Shown here piece by piece: positions 1-10,160 of a stretch of DNA of 64,000 nucleotides. The DNA is from an uncultured Eubacteriales bacterium (GTDB taxonomy: Bacteria > Actinomycetota > Coriobacteriia > Anaerosomatales > JAAXUF01): positions 15 through 64,014 of the forward strand of contig CAZIPN010000010.1 in the NCBI GenBank assembly GCA_964541225.1, given 5' to 3'. The number at the start of each line of letters is the position of its first letter. Within the stretch, counting starts at the first letter, position 1. The notes under the pieces are model-generated. The model had not been told where the DNA came from, did not search any database, and worked only from the letters and a program-made list of their open reading frames with translations. The position numbers and the translations under genes were made by a program.

Positions 1-101
1 TTGTCGCGGCCTTTGGGCTGAGTCTGTGGGAGCTGTCGCGCGTCCCAAGAACATGAGACATGCGAGGAGCGCACCGAGCGGACCCGGACGCTCGGCAGAG
101 G

Positions 102-138
<37 letters not shown>

Positions 139-208
139 GAGACATGCCGCCGTCCGAGCCCGCTTGATGCGCTCAACACGAAACGCGAATGCCCAGTATA
201 GCTGCTTC

Positions 209-3200
209 TTAGGCGGATGCGAGGCGCGCGTCGGCGGCGTCGAGGGCACCCTGGGCCTTCTCGGCAAGCGCGACACTAACGATCACGGTGTCATCTCGCA
301 GATCCCCGCCAGAGAAGTCGAGCACTCGGTCGAGCAGCCGCTGCGGAAGCTTGCTCGTAGGCGTACGCGTCATCTTGCCGAGCAGCTTCAGTAGTCGTTC
401 CTCGCCGAGAAACTCCCCTTCGCGCCGAGCCTCCGTCACACCGTCGGTGTAGAGCACGAGCGTCTCGGCAGGTAGCAACACAGTGTCCAGCGAGCGGAAC
501 TCCGCCTCCGCGAAACCTCCAAGCAACGGCGACCGTGTGCTGGCAAGGAAGGTTGCTTCCTTCTCGCCGAGAACAACCGGGAGCGGATGGCCGGCCGAGC
601 AGTAGCGCAGCCTCCCGTTGGCGACGTCGAGCACACCGAAGAAGACGGTCGCGTATTGGTCGACAGGAGACAGCCGACAAACCAGCCTATTGAGCCGATC
701 CAGCACCTCTCGCGGATCGATGGTCTCCATCGAATACGCCCGCACCCCATCGTGCAGAAGCGACGTGAGCCGTGCGGCGTCGATGCCCTTGCCAGACACG
801 TCGCCAATGAGGATGCCGCAACGCCGCTCGTCGATCACGAACACATCGAAGAAGTCCCCGCCGACATTCGCTGAATTGGATGCGGCCTCGTACAGGTAGC
901 CGGTTTCCACTCCCGCGATGACCTCCGGAGGTGTCATCAGAGCTTCCTGAAGCGTGTCGGCGATTCGTCGCTCTCGCTCGTAGAGCATCGAGTTCTGGAT
1001 CGCGAGCGTCACCGCATGCCCGAGACGAGAGGCGAAGTCGAACTGGACTGACGTGAACGGCGCTGCGCTTCGCCGATGGTAGAAAGCGATCGCGCCCAGC
1101 TCGGCACCATTGACGCCGAGCGGCAGTGCGATCAACGACTTCACCCGGTAGCGCTTCACAACATCGGAATCCAAGCGCGGGTCTGACGAAGGATCGTTGA
1201 TCAGGACCGGCTGCTTCCCTGCTGCCACGACCGGTGCAGCCAGGGCATCTCCGCCCTTCAGCGGTCCCAGGGCCACGGTCTTCGGCAACCCCACGCCGCG
1301 AGAGAGCGACCACCTGTCGCCGACACGCTCAAAGAAGGCCGCCGAGTCGGCATCGATCGCTGCTGCACCCGCTTCCAGAGCAACGGCCGTGATCTCCCGC
1401 CGGTCGAGCGTGCCGCCAATGGCCGTCCGAATGTCGTTCAAAGCGACATCGAGACGCTCTCGTTCCTTGCGATCGGTCAAGTCCGTCACGAAGCTGAAGT
1501 AGTACTCCGGCTTTCCATCCTCATCGGTTTCGAGATGCACCAGCAGCTCGACGGGCACCCGGGTCCCATCCTTGCGCATGAACTCCTTCTCGTAGCGAAC
1601 TGGCCCGCCGCTGCTTTCTAGCTCAGCGAGCTGTTCCGCCTCGAACTCGGTGTATTCCGGCGGGGTGAGCGCTGTCGCCCACGAGATCAGGCCGAGTTCC
1701 TCGGCAGAGTAGCCGGTCAGTTCGCAGAAGGCATGGTTGACGTTGGTGATGGACCCGTCAAGGTTTCCCACACCGAAAGGCTGCGCGGACTCGTCAAGCA
1801 TCGTCGCCATGATGTCCGCGCGCTCCCTCGCCTCGCGCAACGCCTCCTCGGCGGCCTTGCGCTCGGTGACATCGGTGACGTACACCGAGATGCCCTCGGC
1901 CGACGGATAGGCCCTCGTTTCGACCCAACGGTGGCTCGGCGCGATGTACCACTCGGACTCGACGACCCTCTCGCCTTCCATTGCCGAGCGGTACGCCTCC
2001 TGGAACGCGACAGCCGCTTCCTCCCCAAAAGCTTCGCGAAGCGACATGCCGAGCAGATCCGCCGGATCGATCGCCACCAGCCGAGCCAGCTCGGCGTTCG
2101 CGTACGTGAAGCACCACTCCCGGTCGAGTGCGTAAAAACCGTCGCTGATGCTCTCCAGAATCGCCGAGGTTGCGCTGTAGGACACCTGCAGCTCATCGTG
2201 CAGGCGCGCCGCCGAGAAGGCCGAAGCCAGCGTATCGGCGATGCCCTGGAACAGCACGAGTTCCGGCGGCTGGAACGAACGCTCGCCGTGGAAGATGAGG
2301 CCCATGGCGCCGACGACCACGCCGCTCGTCTTGATGGGTAGCACCAACCACCGCGCGCTCGGAACGCCCATTTTCTCCAAGCGCACGTCGGCTTCTTTGG
2401 GGCAACCCTCGTCCTCGTGAGTGAGCAGCCCAAGGCCTTCGGCGACTAGGCGTCCCGGATTGCTTGTGCTGTCTACGGTCAGCTCTTGTACCTGTTGCCT
2501 GAGGTCTTCCTCGTAGCCGAGAAACGCCAGGCCGGAAAGGCTATGCTCGGCTTCGTCCAACGCATAGACCGCACCGGCGGCGAGCTCGGGCAGAGGACGC
2601 AGCTCGTCAAGAGCGTGTTGCGCGATCTCGCTCAGACTCAGTGACCCCGAGGTGGCCGTTGCCACCGCTTGAAGCACCCGTGTACGCATCAGCTCAAGTT
2701 GGCCGGCCTCGTGCAGCGCGGCGTTCTCAAGCGCCAGTGACACTTCTGCGGCGAGTTTGCGAGCGAAGTCAATCTCAGTATCCGTGAATGTGCGCAGCCG
2801 TTCTTTCGCGTAGAACAGCAAACAGCCCATCACCTCGTCGCGGACGATCAGCGGAGCGGCGAGTACCGAAGCAATGCCGTTCTCTCGCACGTAGCCCACG
2901 TTCATGCGCTCGTCGCCAGCAACATCCTCCACTACCAAGGGCTGCCGAGATCGAGCGCACGACATCGCCATCGGGGCCTCAGCTTGGACGAGCGAACGAC
3001 CTATGTCGCCTTCCGACATACCGTGCTGGTAGCGGACGAGCCACGATTCGCCGTCCCTGGTCTCGATGGTCCCTGCGTCACAACCCAGCGCCACCGTGCC
3101 GTCGTCCAGGGCACGCTGCATGATTTCGTCGAGATCAAGCGTCGAGTGGATGCGCACATCGATCTCATTGAGAGTCTCGCCGAGAGAGGCGCTGCGCATC

Positions 3201-5242
3201 GCGTCGCCAAACAGCTGCGCGTTATCGGCGGCTATTGCCAGGTTGTTCGCCATAGACGAGAAGAACGTAACGTCGTCGGCGCTGATCGTCTTGGGGGTAT
3301 CCCATGCGAGCGTGATGGCACCGATCATCCGGTTCCTGCTCTGCACGGGCAGGACGAGCAGCGCTCTGAGGTCCAAACCAAACCGCTTGTAGGCGGCTCG
3401 CACAGGCTCGGGCACCTCTTCGATCTGTTCGTTGGAGCGAACAACCGGCTTTCGCTCCTCGACCGCCTTGACGATTTCGAAATCCTGGTCGAATCCGACG
3501 CCACCAGCGAAGTGCTCATAGAACTCCGGAGGAAATCCCACGCCCGACACCGGAAACAGGCGACCGAGATGCTCGTCGAGCACCCAGAACGTCACCACGC
3601 CAACGCCGAGCTTCTCCGCGATATGACGCGCTGTCTTGTCGGCGACTTCTGTCATCTCAAGCGAGGATGTCGCGAGCACTGTCACCTCGTGTAGCGCAGC
3701 GACTCTGCGCTGAACCTCCATTTCGCTCTCAAAGAGCTGCGCGTTCTTGATTGCGATACCAAGCTGTCCGGCGACCGCCGAGAAGAGCGAGACCTCGCCG
3801 TCAGTGAAGCTACGCTTGCCCTGGAAGGCCAACGTCAACGCGGCGATCATCTTGCCCGACGTCCCTATCGGCAGAACGATCCAGCGGTCGGCCTCCAAGT
3901 CCGAGCACAACTCCGGATCACTCGCAGCGTCATGAGGCCTGCCAATCTCATGCGTGAGGAACGGCAGGTTCTCCGTCAGAATCCGACCCGCGACTGTCGT
4001 CCCATCTGCCGGAATCTCGCGGGACACGGGCAACTCGGGTAGCCCGATGGAGGCGAGTCGGCGAAACACACCGGCGTCTCGGTCAAGCAAGCACACGACT
4101 CCCCAGTGCGCCCCGAACCGGTCTCCAGCAGCGTGCAAGGTCGCGTTTGCAACCTCCCGCAGGTCGAGCGAAGATGCCGCTGCCATGGCTACGTCTTTGA
4201 GGAGCTCAGTCCTCTGCGACTGCAACCGCTCAGCGGCGAGCAGCCGCTCGTTCTCGACAACCGCCGCAGCCTGCGACGCAATGCCCTGGACGATCTCGGT
4301 CTCCCGCGCGGAGAACTCAAGTGCCTCTCGAGGCTGATCGGCGGAAATGAGGCCCACCGTCCGTCCGCCAACGAGCATCGGAACGATGAGCACCAGCTTG
4401 AAACCGCGCTCCTCGGAAACGGCGCCGCGCATGGTTTCGGACTGGTCGGCGAATTCGGCAACCACGCTTCGGCCGGTTTCGATCGCGTCATGAACGGCCT
4501 GCGAACACTGATCCCACTGATACGTCCCAGTTAGCATCGAATCCTCGCCAGCCACGGCAACGATCCGTAGCTCGCGCGACACGTCATCCCATAGATCGAT
4601 GACCACACGCTCGTGCCTGAGCGAAGACCGGAGCAACTCGCAGAGACTCTTGAGGCGAGTGTCCAGACTTCCTGGCTCGGCGAGTTTGCCGGCGGCCGAG
4701 AGAAGCAAGGACGTGAGTTCGAGTTCATCGGCGGCATTCTGACGAGCGCTGACTTCCGACTCATAGAGCAGCGCGTTGCGCAGCGCCACAGACATCGCCA
4801 TAGCGGCCTTGGTGCAGAACTCGGCGTCGTCAACGTCAAACGCTCGTGGCTCGTCGTAGGCAAGGGCCAACACCGCCACAACCACGTCGCCGACCACAAG
4901 CGGGAGCAACTGAAAAGCGCGCAGGGCGTAGGGAACCACGAAGCGTTTGTTCGTGATGGGATCAAGCCAGGTGTCTTGGACAAGCAACGGGCGCTTGGTC
5001 TCCGCGGCGAGTGCGAACCCGGGAAAGAACTCTGCCGATCGGGCCTGGCCGACTAGGTCGGCGCGCACGTTGCGAACGTGCGTGATGACGAACCCCTCTT
5101 CGCGCATCTCGATCACAAGGCACTTGTCCGCACCCGCTACTTTGGAGACGTCGCCGACGAGACGGGCGAGCAGTTCATCGGGTGTAACCGCGGACAGCAG
5201 AATCTCGTTGATGGCGTTGAGCGTCTCGGCACGCTTCATCAC
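209..5242 (-). CDS. Giant multi-sensor protein phosphatase: six tandem GAF-like modules, two PAS modules, a seventh GAF, C-terminal SpoIIE/PP2C domain (1677 aa)
   Basis: Uninterrupted 5 kb ORF. GAF-like units recur, each closed by a linker helix of the type N-[AS]-x-L-[YFH]-E (NALLYESE, NERLLAAE, NAQLFESE, NAQLFGDA, NAALHEAG, NSMLYERE). PAS-like segments ILESISDGFYALDREW and GSITNVNHAFCELTGYSAEE. C-terminal SpoIIE/PP2C motifs VGGDFFDVF, GDVSGKGIDAA, LYTDGVTEA. Confidence 0.85.
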   Translation of the reverse strand: MMKRAETLNAINEILLSAVTPDELLARLVGDVSKVAGADKCLVIEMREEGFVITHVRNVRADLVGQARSAEFFPGFALAAETKRPLLVQDTWLDPITNKRFVVPYALRAFQLLPLVVGDVVVAVLALAYDEPRAFDVDDAEFCTKAAMAMSVALRNALLYESEVSARQNAADELELTSLLLSAAGKLAEPGSLDTRLKSLCELLRSSLRHERVVIDLWDDVSRELRIVAVAGEDSMLTGTYQWDQCSQAVHDAIETGRSVVAEFADQSETMRGAVSEERGFKLVLIVPMLVGGRTVGLISADQPREALEFSARETEIVQGIASQAAAVVENERLLAAERLQSQRTELLKDVAMAAASSLDLREVANATLHAAGDRFGAHWGVVCLLDRDAGVFRRLASIGLPELPVSREIPADGTTVAGRILTENLPFLTHEIGRPHDAASDPELCSDLEADRWIVLPIGTSGKMIAALTLAFQGKRSFTDGEVSLFSAVAGQLGIAIKNAQLFESEMEVQRRVAALHEVTVLATSSLEMTEVADKTARHIAEKLGVGVVTFWVLDEHLGRLFPVSGVGFPPEFYEHFAGGVGFDQDFEIVKAVEERKPVVRSNEQIEEVPEPVRAAYKRFGLDLRALLVLPVQSRNRMIGAITLAWDTPKTISADDVTFFSSMANNLAIAADNAQLFGDAMRSASLGETLNEIDVRIHSTLDLDEIMQRALDDGTVALGCDAGTIETRDGESWLVRYQHGMSEGDIGRSLVQAEAPMAMSCARSRQPLVVEDVAGDERMNVGYVRENGIASVLAAPLIVRDEVMGCLLFYAKERLRTFTDTEIDFARKLAAEVSLALENAALHEAGQLELMRTRVLQAVATATSGSLSLSEIAQHALDELRPLPELAAGAVYALDEAEHSLSGLAFLGYEEDLRQQVQELTVDSTSNPGRLVAEGLGLLTHEDEGCPKEADVRLEKMGVPSARWLVLPIKTSGVVVGAMGLIFHGERSFQPPELVLFQGIADTLASAFSAARLHDELQVSYSATSAILESISDGFYALDREWCFTYANAELARLVAIDPADLLGMSLREAFGEEAAVAFQEAYRSAMEGERVVESEWYIAPSHRWVETRAYPSAEGISVYVTDVTERKAAEEALREARERADIMATMLDESAQPFGVGNLDGSITNVNHAFCELTGYSAEELGLISWATALTPPEYTEFEAEQLAELESSGGPVRYEKEFMRKDGTRVPVELLVHLETDEDGKPEYYFSFVTDLTDRKERERLDVALNDIRTAIGGTLDRREITAVALEAGAAAIDADSAAFFERVGDRWSLSRGVGLPKTVALGPLKGGDALAAPVVAAGKQPVLINDPSSDPRLDSDVVKRYRVKSLIALPLGVNGAELGAIAFYHRRSAAPFTSVQFDFASRLGHAVTLAIQNSMLYERERRIADTLQEALMTPPEVIAGVETGYLYEAASNSANVGGDFFDVFVIDERRCGILIGDVSGKGIDAARLTSLLHDGVRAYSMETIDPREVLDRLNRLVCRLSPVDQYATVFFGVLDVANGRLRYCSAGHPLPVVLGEKEATFLASTRSPLLGGFAEAEFRSLDTVLLPAETLVLYTDGVTEARREGEFLGEERLLKLLGKMTRTPTSKLPQRLLDRVLDFSGGDLRDDTVIVSVALAEKAQGALDAADARLASA

Positions 5243-5456
5243 AGCGGACCTCTTGCAGTCGTCGTATCGCTAGCAACCCCAGATAGGCCCATGCCCACAC
5301 CCCCGTGACGCGCGTCAGTGGGTCCGGACATTGTACCCCGGTCGCGGCATGTGCATCACCTGCGCGGCCGCCAGCTGGGAAGAGACAGGGTGAGAACACC
5401 ACCGAACGGTGGATTTCGTCAGACGGCGACAACCTCAACGCTCAGGAGGCCAACAG

Positions 5457-6659
5457 GTGGACACCATCGACCTCGACACGCTCACGACGCTCGCGAAGCG
5501 ACGCGGCTTTCCCTCAGTCTCGCTCTACCTGCCGACGCACCGCACCGGTCCTGAGAAGGATCAGGATCGCATCCGCCTGAAGAATCTCGTGAAGTCGGCA
5601 CGCGAAGGCCTCGTCGCCGACGGCATGCGAGACCCCGATGCCGACGAGCTTCTCGGCCAAGCGAGCAACTTGCTCGACGACACTGCGTTTTGGCGGGAGA
5701 TGGGCGACGGACTAGCGATCTTCGCGGAACCCGGCACGACGCGTGTGCTACGCGTTGATACGGCGCTGCCCGAGCAATTCGTGGTGGGTGGGCGCTACTA
5801 CCTGCGCCCGCTCGCGTTGGCGTATCACGGCGACCAGAGCTTCTTTGCGCTGGCTCTGGACCGGAATCGCGCGCGGCTCTTCACAGGCGACCGAGCGGCG
5901 ATCGAAGAGCTGCCGCTCGATCCCGCTGTGGCATCGTTCGCTGAGGCAACCAAGTACGATGACCGCGAGGAGTCTCTGCAGTACTCGACGTTCGCGAGCC
6001 CACAGTCAACCGCGCGGGCGGGCGGCGCGATCGGCATGTTCCACGGACACGGCGGCGAGAACGTCGACAAGGATGAGGTGCAGCGCTTCGCGGCAGGGCT
6101 CGAAAAGGCGGTCACCTCACAAATCGGTCTCGAGAACACAACGCCGCTCGTGCTTCTCGGCGTCGACTATCAGCTGACGGCATATCGCGCCGCGAACACG
6201 TATCCGGCTTTGGCGACGGCGCAGGTCGAGGGCGCAACCGACGAACTCACTGATCGCGCGATCCACGCGGAAGCGCTTGAGGCACTCGCGCCGCGTTTCG
6301 CTTCGGCCGCCAACAGAGACCTCACCGAACTGTCCGAGAAGCCTGGCTCGCTGGTCTCCAGCGACCCGGCAGAGATCGTCTCGGCAGCTGCGACCGGACG
6401 CGTCAAGACGCTCTTCTTCGACGAAGCGGCCGGCCCGTATGGCTTGTTTGATCGGGAGTTGTTCGCGGTCAGCTCGGTGTGCAGCGCGGCGCCTCGCTAT
6501 CTGCGTGAGACGGCCGACACTGAGATCGCCAATGCGGAGTGTGGCTGGGATCTCGTGGACCTCGCGCTCGCCGAGACCGTGCTGCACGGCGGTGCCATCC
6601 ACGCATTCGATGGCGAGACTGCGCCAGTCAGCGGAGTCGCGGCAGTGCTGCGCTACTAG
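5457..6659 (+). CDS. Archaeo-eukaryotic release factor-like protein (baeRF/eRF1-Pelota fold candidate)
   Basis: GTG 5457 lies 7 nt after AGGAGG (5444-5449); the track start GTG 5409 is also possible. N-terminal SVSLYLPTHRTGPEKDQDRIRLKNL. Central FHGHGGENVDKDEVQRFAAGL is alignable to eRF1 KHGRGGQSALRFARL. C-terminal GVAAVLRY-stop resembles the GG[IV][AG]A[IL]LR[YF] end of eRF1/Pelota domain 3. Family call is from memory of motifs only. Confidence 0.55.
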   Translation: MDTIDLDTLTTLAKRRGFPSVSLYLPTHRTGPEKDQDRIRLKNLVKSAREGLVADGMRDPDADELLGQASNLLDDTAFWREMGDGLAIFAEPGTTRVLRVDTALPEQFVVGGRYYLRPLALAYHGDQSFFALALDRNRARLFTGDRAAIEELPLDPAVASFAEATKYDDREESLQYSTFASPQSTARAGGAIGMFHGHGGENVDKDEVQRFAAGLEKAVTSQIGLENTTPLVLLGVDYQLTAYRAANTYPALATAQVEGATDELTDRAIHAEALEALAPRFASAANRDLTELSEKPGSLVSSDPAEIVSAAATGRVKTLFFDEAAGPYGLFDRELFAVSSVCSAAPRYLRETADTEIANAECGWDLVDLALAETVLHGGAIHAFDGETAPVSGVAAVLRY

Positions 6660-6786
6660 CCGCGCGAGGCGGTCGCGGCTCCAAGAGCGTCCCGTGTGGA
6701 CTGATGGTCGCGCACAACGATGGCCGGGCGCGCGCATGGCCCGACCGCGTGCGCTTGCGTCGCCGAAAGCCGTGTGGCTCGGCGGG

Positions 6787-7470
6787 CTACTCGGCAGGTG
6801 ATTCGGCCGACTGCGTGCGCCGCTTGGCGGTCCGCGATTGAATCGTGTGCACGACGGTCGGCGAGAGCGAGACAACAATGATCACGATGACGATCACCTC
6901 GAAGTGCTCCTGCACGAACTGGATGCCGCCGAGGAAGTAGCCCGCCCCGACCGACAGCGTGATCCACGCCGCGCTGCCGAGAGCGGAGAACGTGATGAAG
7001 CGCGCCCACTTCATCTGGCCGACTCCGGCCATGAACGGCGCGTAGGTCCGGATGATGGGGAAGAAGCGAGCCAGCGAGACGGTCTTTCCGCCGTGCTTTC
7101 GGAAGAAGGCCTGCGTGCGCTCGATGTACTCGGGCTTCATGACGCGGTTAATCTTGCCCGACGCAATGATCCGATGGCCAAAGTACCGCCCGATGAAGAA
7201 GTTGACGTTGTCGCCGAGCAACGCCGCGCAAAACACCGTGAGCCACACCTCGACGACGTTGAGTCGAGCCGCCGATGAAAGCACCCCCGCCGCAAACAGG
7301 AGTGAATCCCCCGGAAGGAAAGGCGTCACAACCAGGCCAGTTTCGCCGAAGATGATGAGGAACAGGATGCCGTAGATCCATGGTGCCGTCGGAGACGTGG
7401 GCGCCGTGAGTGCCTGCAGCGTCTCGAGCGTATTGGTAAGCAACCCTACGAGCAGGTGAATCAGTGCCAT
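6787..7470 (-). CDS. DedA family membrane protein
   Basis: GETGLVVTPFLPGDSLLFAAG signature and several hydrophobic spans. ATG 7470 is preceded by GGAGG. The track ORF extends 20 Arg-rich codons further and is probably not translated there. Confidence 0.8.
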   Translation of the reverse strand: MALIHLLVGLLTNTLETLQALTAPTSPTAPWIYGILFLIIFGETGLVVTPFLPGDSLLFAAGVLSSAARLNVVEVWLTVFCAALLGDNVNFFIGRYFGHRIIASGKINRVMKPEYIERTQAFFRKHGGKTVSLARFFPIIRTYAPFMAGVGQMKWARFITFSALGSAAWITLSVGAGYFLGGIQFVQEHFEVIVIVIIVVSLSPTVVHTIQSRTAKRRTQSAESPAE

Positions 7471-7670
7471 GATCCTCCGATCGCGCAGCGCCGGTGCGGC
7501 GCTCCAAGTGCGCGCACGAGCATACCGCATGAGCGCTGTGCGGTCGCGCGATCGTCAACGACGCAATGAACAGGTTCTCTCAGACCGCAGCCCTCGTACG
7601 GGAACACGCTGCACTGCGGCCATCGTCCGGCGGGAGGACTCCTCGCGTGTCTGATGCCGCTCCAGCGCCG

Positions 7671-8492
7671 ATGAATTCTCGAAACGTGCTTCACCAGTAC
7701 GGCGCTGGCTGGCTTGGTGCCGTCGCGCAGAGACGGTCGCGGCGCGCATACGACGCGATCCCCGCTGACGCCATGCGGATCGAGACCCTGCAAGCGCTGA
7801 TATCGCAGTGGCGACCGTACCCCGACGCACGCGTCGAACTCGTGGAACGGCCGACGGTGGATGTCTTCACGGGTGCCGTTGGCCACTACGGCAAGATCTC
7901 AGGGGCGCCGCACATCCTGGCGTTCATCGGCAAGAAGAACGCTACATTCACCAACCAGCATGTGGGATACACCGGCGAAGCGATCGTCTTGGAGGCCACT
8001 CGGCTCGGCCTGCAGACGTGCTGGGTCGGCGGATATTTCAACCCCTCGAAAACCGAGCGTCTCGTCGCACTCGCGCCGGACGAACGAGTGGTTGCGGTCT
8101 CCCCGCTCGGCCACGCACTGCGCAAAGACACCTCTTCACAGCGCGCAATCGCGCACTTGGCGGGCTCCAACTTTCGAAAGAGGGTGGGTGATATCGCGTT
8201 GCGTTCGAAGAGCGGGGCCTGGCCAGCATGGGCACTGGCGGCCGCCGAGACCGTGCGGTTCGCGCCCTCGGCGGCAAATCGGCAACCATGGAGACTGCGC
8301 TTCGAAGATGGCGCGCTCATCATCGGCAAGGACAGTTCGCGGGAATCGTCCAAGGTCGCCAAACGCCTCGACATTGGTGTGGCGATGCTGCACGCGGACC
8401 TAGCCTTCGAGGCGCATGGTATTGACGGCGCCTGGACTGACTTGACTGGAACCGACGTCGCGCGCTTCGACCCGGTCAGCCCAGCAAGATGA
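7671..8492 (+). CDS. Nitroreductase-fold protein (TM1586-like arrangement)
   Basis: RRSRRAY near the N-terminus and RFAPSAANRQPWRL near the C-terminus. Start is uncertain (ATG 7671 chosen; the track ORF starts at 7566). Confidence 0.6.
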   Translation: MNSRNVLHQYGAGWLGAVAQRRSRRAYDAIPADAMRIETLQALISQWRPYPDARVELVERPTVDVFTGAVGHYGKISGAPHILAFIGKKNATFTNQHVGYTGEAIVLEATRLGLQTCWVGGYFNPSKTERLVALAPDERVVAVSPLGHALRKDTSSQRAIAHLAGSNFRKRVGDIALRSKSGAWPAWALAAAETVRFAPSAANRQPWRLRFEDGALIIGKDSSRESSKVAKRLDIGVAMLHADLAFEAHGIDGAWTDLTGTDVARFDPVSPAR

Positions 8493-8649
8493 TCAACGCC
8501 GTCGGCGCGGCTGGAGCGCGGCCCGCGCAGACCGTCTTGCTCATCGAAGCACAAGACTCTCGGCGAATCTCGGTGGCGAATCATCCGGAGCCCCATGTTC
8601 GCACGTCGCGTGGGGTAACATGAATACAAACTGAGAGGAGTGCTTAGGG

Positions 8650-10098
8650 GTGCGGATCGCGATAGCTGGGGGGAATGGGTTTATCGGCAGGGAGCTCACG
8701 TCCCAGCTGCTCGACGCGGGGCATGAAGTGGTTTGGCTCTCGCATCGCCCCGGTCACAGAACTCCACCCCAGGGAGTACGCGAGATCCCGTTCGATCCAG
8801 CAAACGCAAGTGGAGAGTGGACTGCCGAGATCGATGTCGCCGATGGTGTCGTGAACCTTTCCGGCTACCCGATCGCCAAGTACTGGACCAAGCACACCAA
8901 GCCTCTTCTGCGTTCGAGCCGCATCATTCCAACTGAGGCCATCGCACACCAGATCGTGAAGTCGCGGGCTGCGGGCAAGGGCCCCGACGTGCTCGTGAAC
9001 GCGAGTGCCGTCGGCATCTATGGCGAAGGTCACGAGCGGGTTCTTAGCGAGGACTCTCCTCTTGGCGATGATTTCCTGGCGATGCTCGTCGTCGACTGGG
9101 AAGACGCCGCGTCCTACCTCACCGAGACCAAATACGGCTGCCGACTCGTAACGATTCGTACGGGAATCGTGCTCGGCTCAGAAGGCGTTCTGCCCCGGAT
9201 GCTCCTGCCAGCACGCATGCTGGTCGGCGGGCCGATCGGCACAGGGCGCCAATGGCTGAGCTGGATACACATCGCCGATATCGCGGGACTGTACAAGTTC
9301 GCCCTCGAGCACGACTACGTCTCGGGACCGCTCAACGCCAGCGCACCCTGCCCGGCTCGAATGACGGACTTCGCCGCAGCTGTGGCGCACTCGGTTCACC
9401 GGCCGTCGTGGCTCCCCGTGCCGCTTCCCGCGCTCGACGTCGTCTTGGGCGAGGCCGCGCAGTACACCGTCATGAGCCAGCGGATGTCGGCAGCCAAAGC
9501 GCTCGATGCCGGCTACAAGTTCCGCTTTCCCGAATTGCGTGAAGCCCTCGATGACCTCGTGACGAAGCACGGGAGCGCGGCCGCCCCACCGGCAGCACCG
9601 GTCGCGGTGGCGGAAACGGTGACGGCCCCGGCCACGACGGCAGAGACGCTCACGCCGGTCGCGCAGGAGGAGAGTGTCACGGAGACGACGACGCCAGCTG
9701 CGCAGGAGGCTGAGACGCACAGCGATGATGAGGCCCAAGCCGCCGAGGAAGCAGCGAGCGGCGAGCCGGCAGACCAGCCGGCATCTCAGAACGTAGAGGC
9801 TATCGCCGAAGGTGGCGACATCGAGGAAGACGAAGGCGAGTCTGAGGTGGCGGCCAGCTCTGAGCCTGTTCTCGACGCTGAGGATGAGACAGAGTTCAGC
9901 ATTGAAACCGAAATCGACTCCGAAGCCGAAATTGCCGCGGACGCCGAAGCTGATCTTGATGGCGATGCAAGCACCGAAGACGACGGCGAACTGATGGCGG
10001 CGGTGTTTGAATCGGATGCAGAGGCATCGGATGAGAGCGAACCGGCAGCAACGGAGGAAGAGCCGCTTCCTGCGGAAGTGACCCCGGGGCTGGCCTAG
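8650..10098 (+). CDS. TIGR01777/YfcH-like NAD-dependent epimerase family protein with about 180-aa acidic low-complexity C-terminal tail
   Basis: GTG start after GAGAGGAG. Rossmann motif [19 protein letters not shown] and [14 protein letters not shown]. The last ~180 residues are an A/E/T/D-rich tail. Confidence 0.75.
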   Translation: MRIAIAGGNGFIGRELTSQLLDAGHEVVWLSHRPGHRTPPQGVREIPFDPANASGEWTAEIDVADGVVNLSGYPIAKYWTKHTKPLLRSSRIIPTEAIAHQIVKSRAAGKGPDVLVNASAVGIYGEGHERVLSEDSPLGDDFLAMLVVDWEDAASYLTETKYGCRLVTIRTGIVLGSEGVLPRMLLPARMLVGGPIGTGRQWLSWIHIADIAGLYKFALEHDYVSGPLNASAPCPARMTDFAAAVAHSVHRPSWLPVPLPALDVVLGEAAQYTVMSQRMSAAKALDAGYKFRFPELREALDDLVTKHGSAAAPPAAPVAVAETVTAPATTAETLTPVAQEESVTETTTPAAQEAETHSDDEAQAAEEAASGEPADQPASQNVEAIAEGGDIEEDEGESEVAASSEPVLDAEDETEFSIETEIDSEAEIAADAEADLDGDASTEDDGELMAAVFESDAEASDESEPAATEEEPLPAEVTPGLA

Positions 10099-10160
10099 GG
10101 CTGGCGGTCCTGAGGGCGCCCGGCGTGACGTGAGCGCCCGCATTGGCGCATACTGCTGCT

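Noticed and set aside
74-95. A hairpin CCGAGCG-N8-CGCTCGG downstream of the giant phosphatase gene, considered as a terminator.
   Set aside because: It lies 114 nt from the stop with no T/U tract on either strand. It is too weak to call. The first 208 nt remain unassigned; a short ORF tail ending near 54 or 130 cannot be supported.
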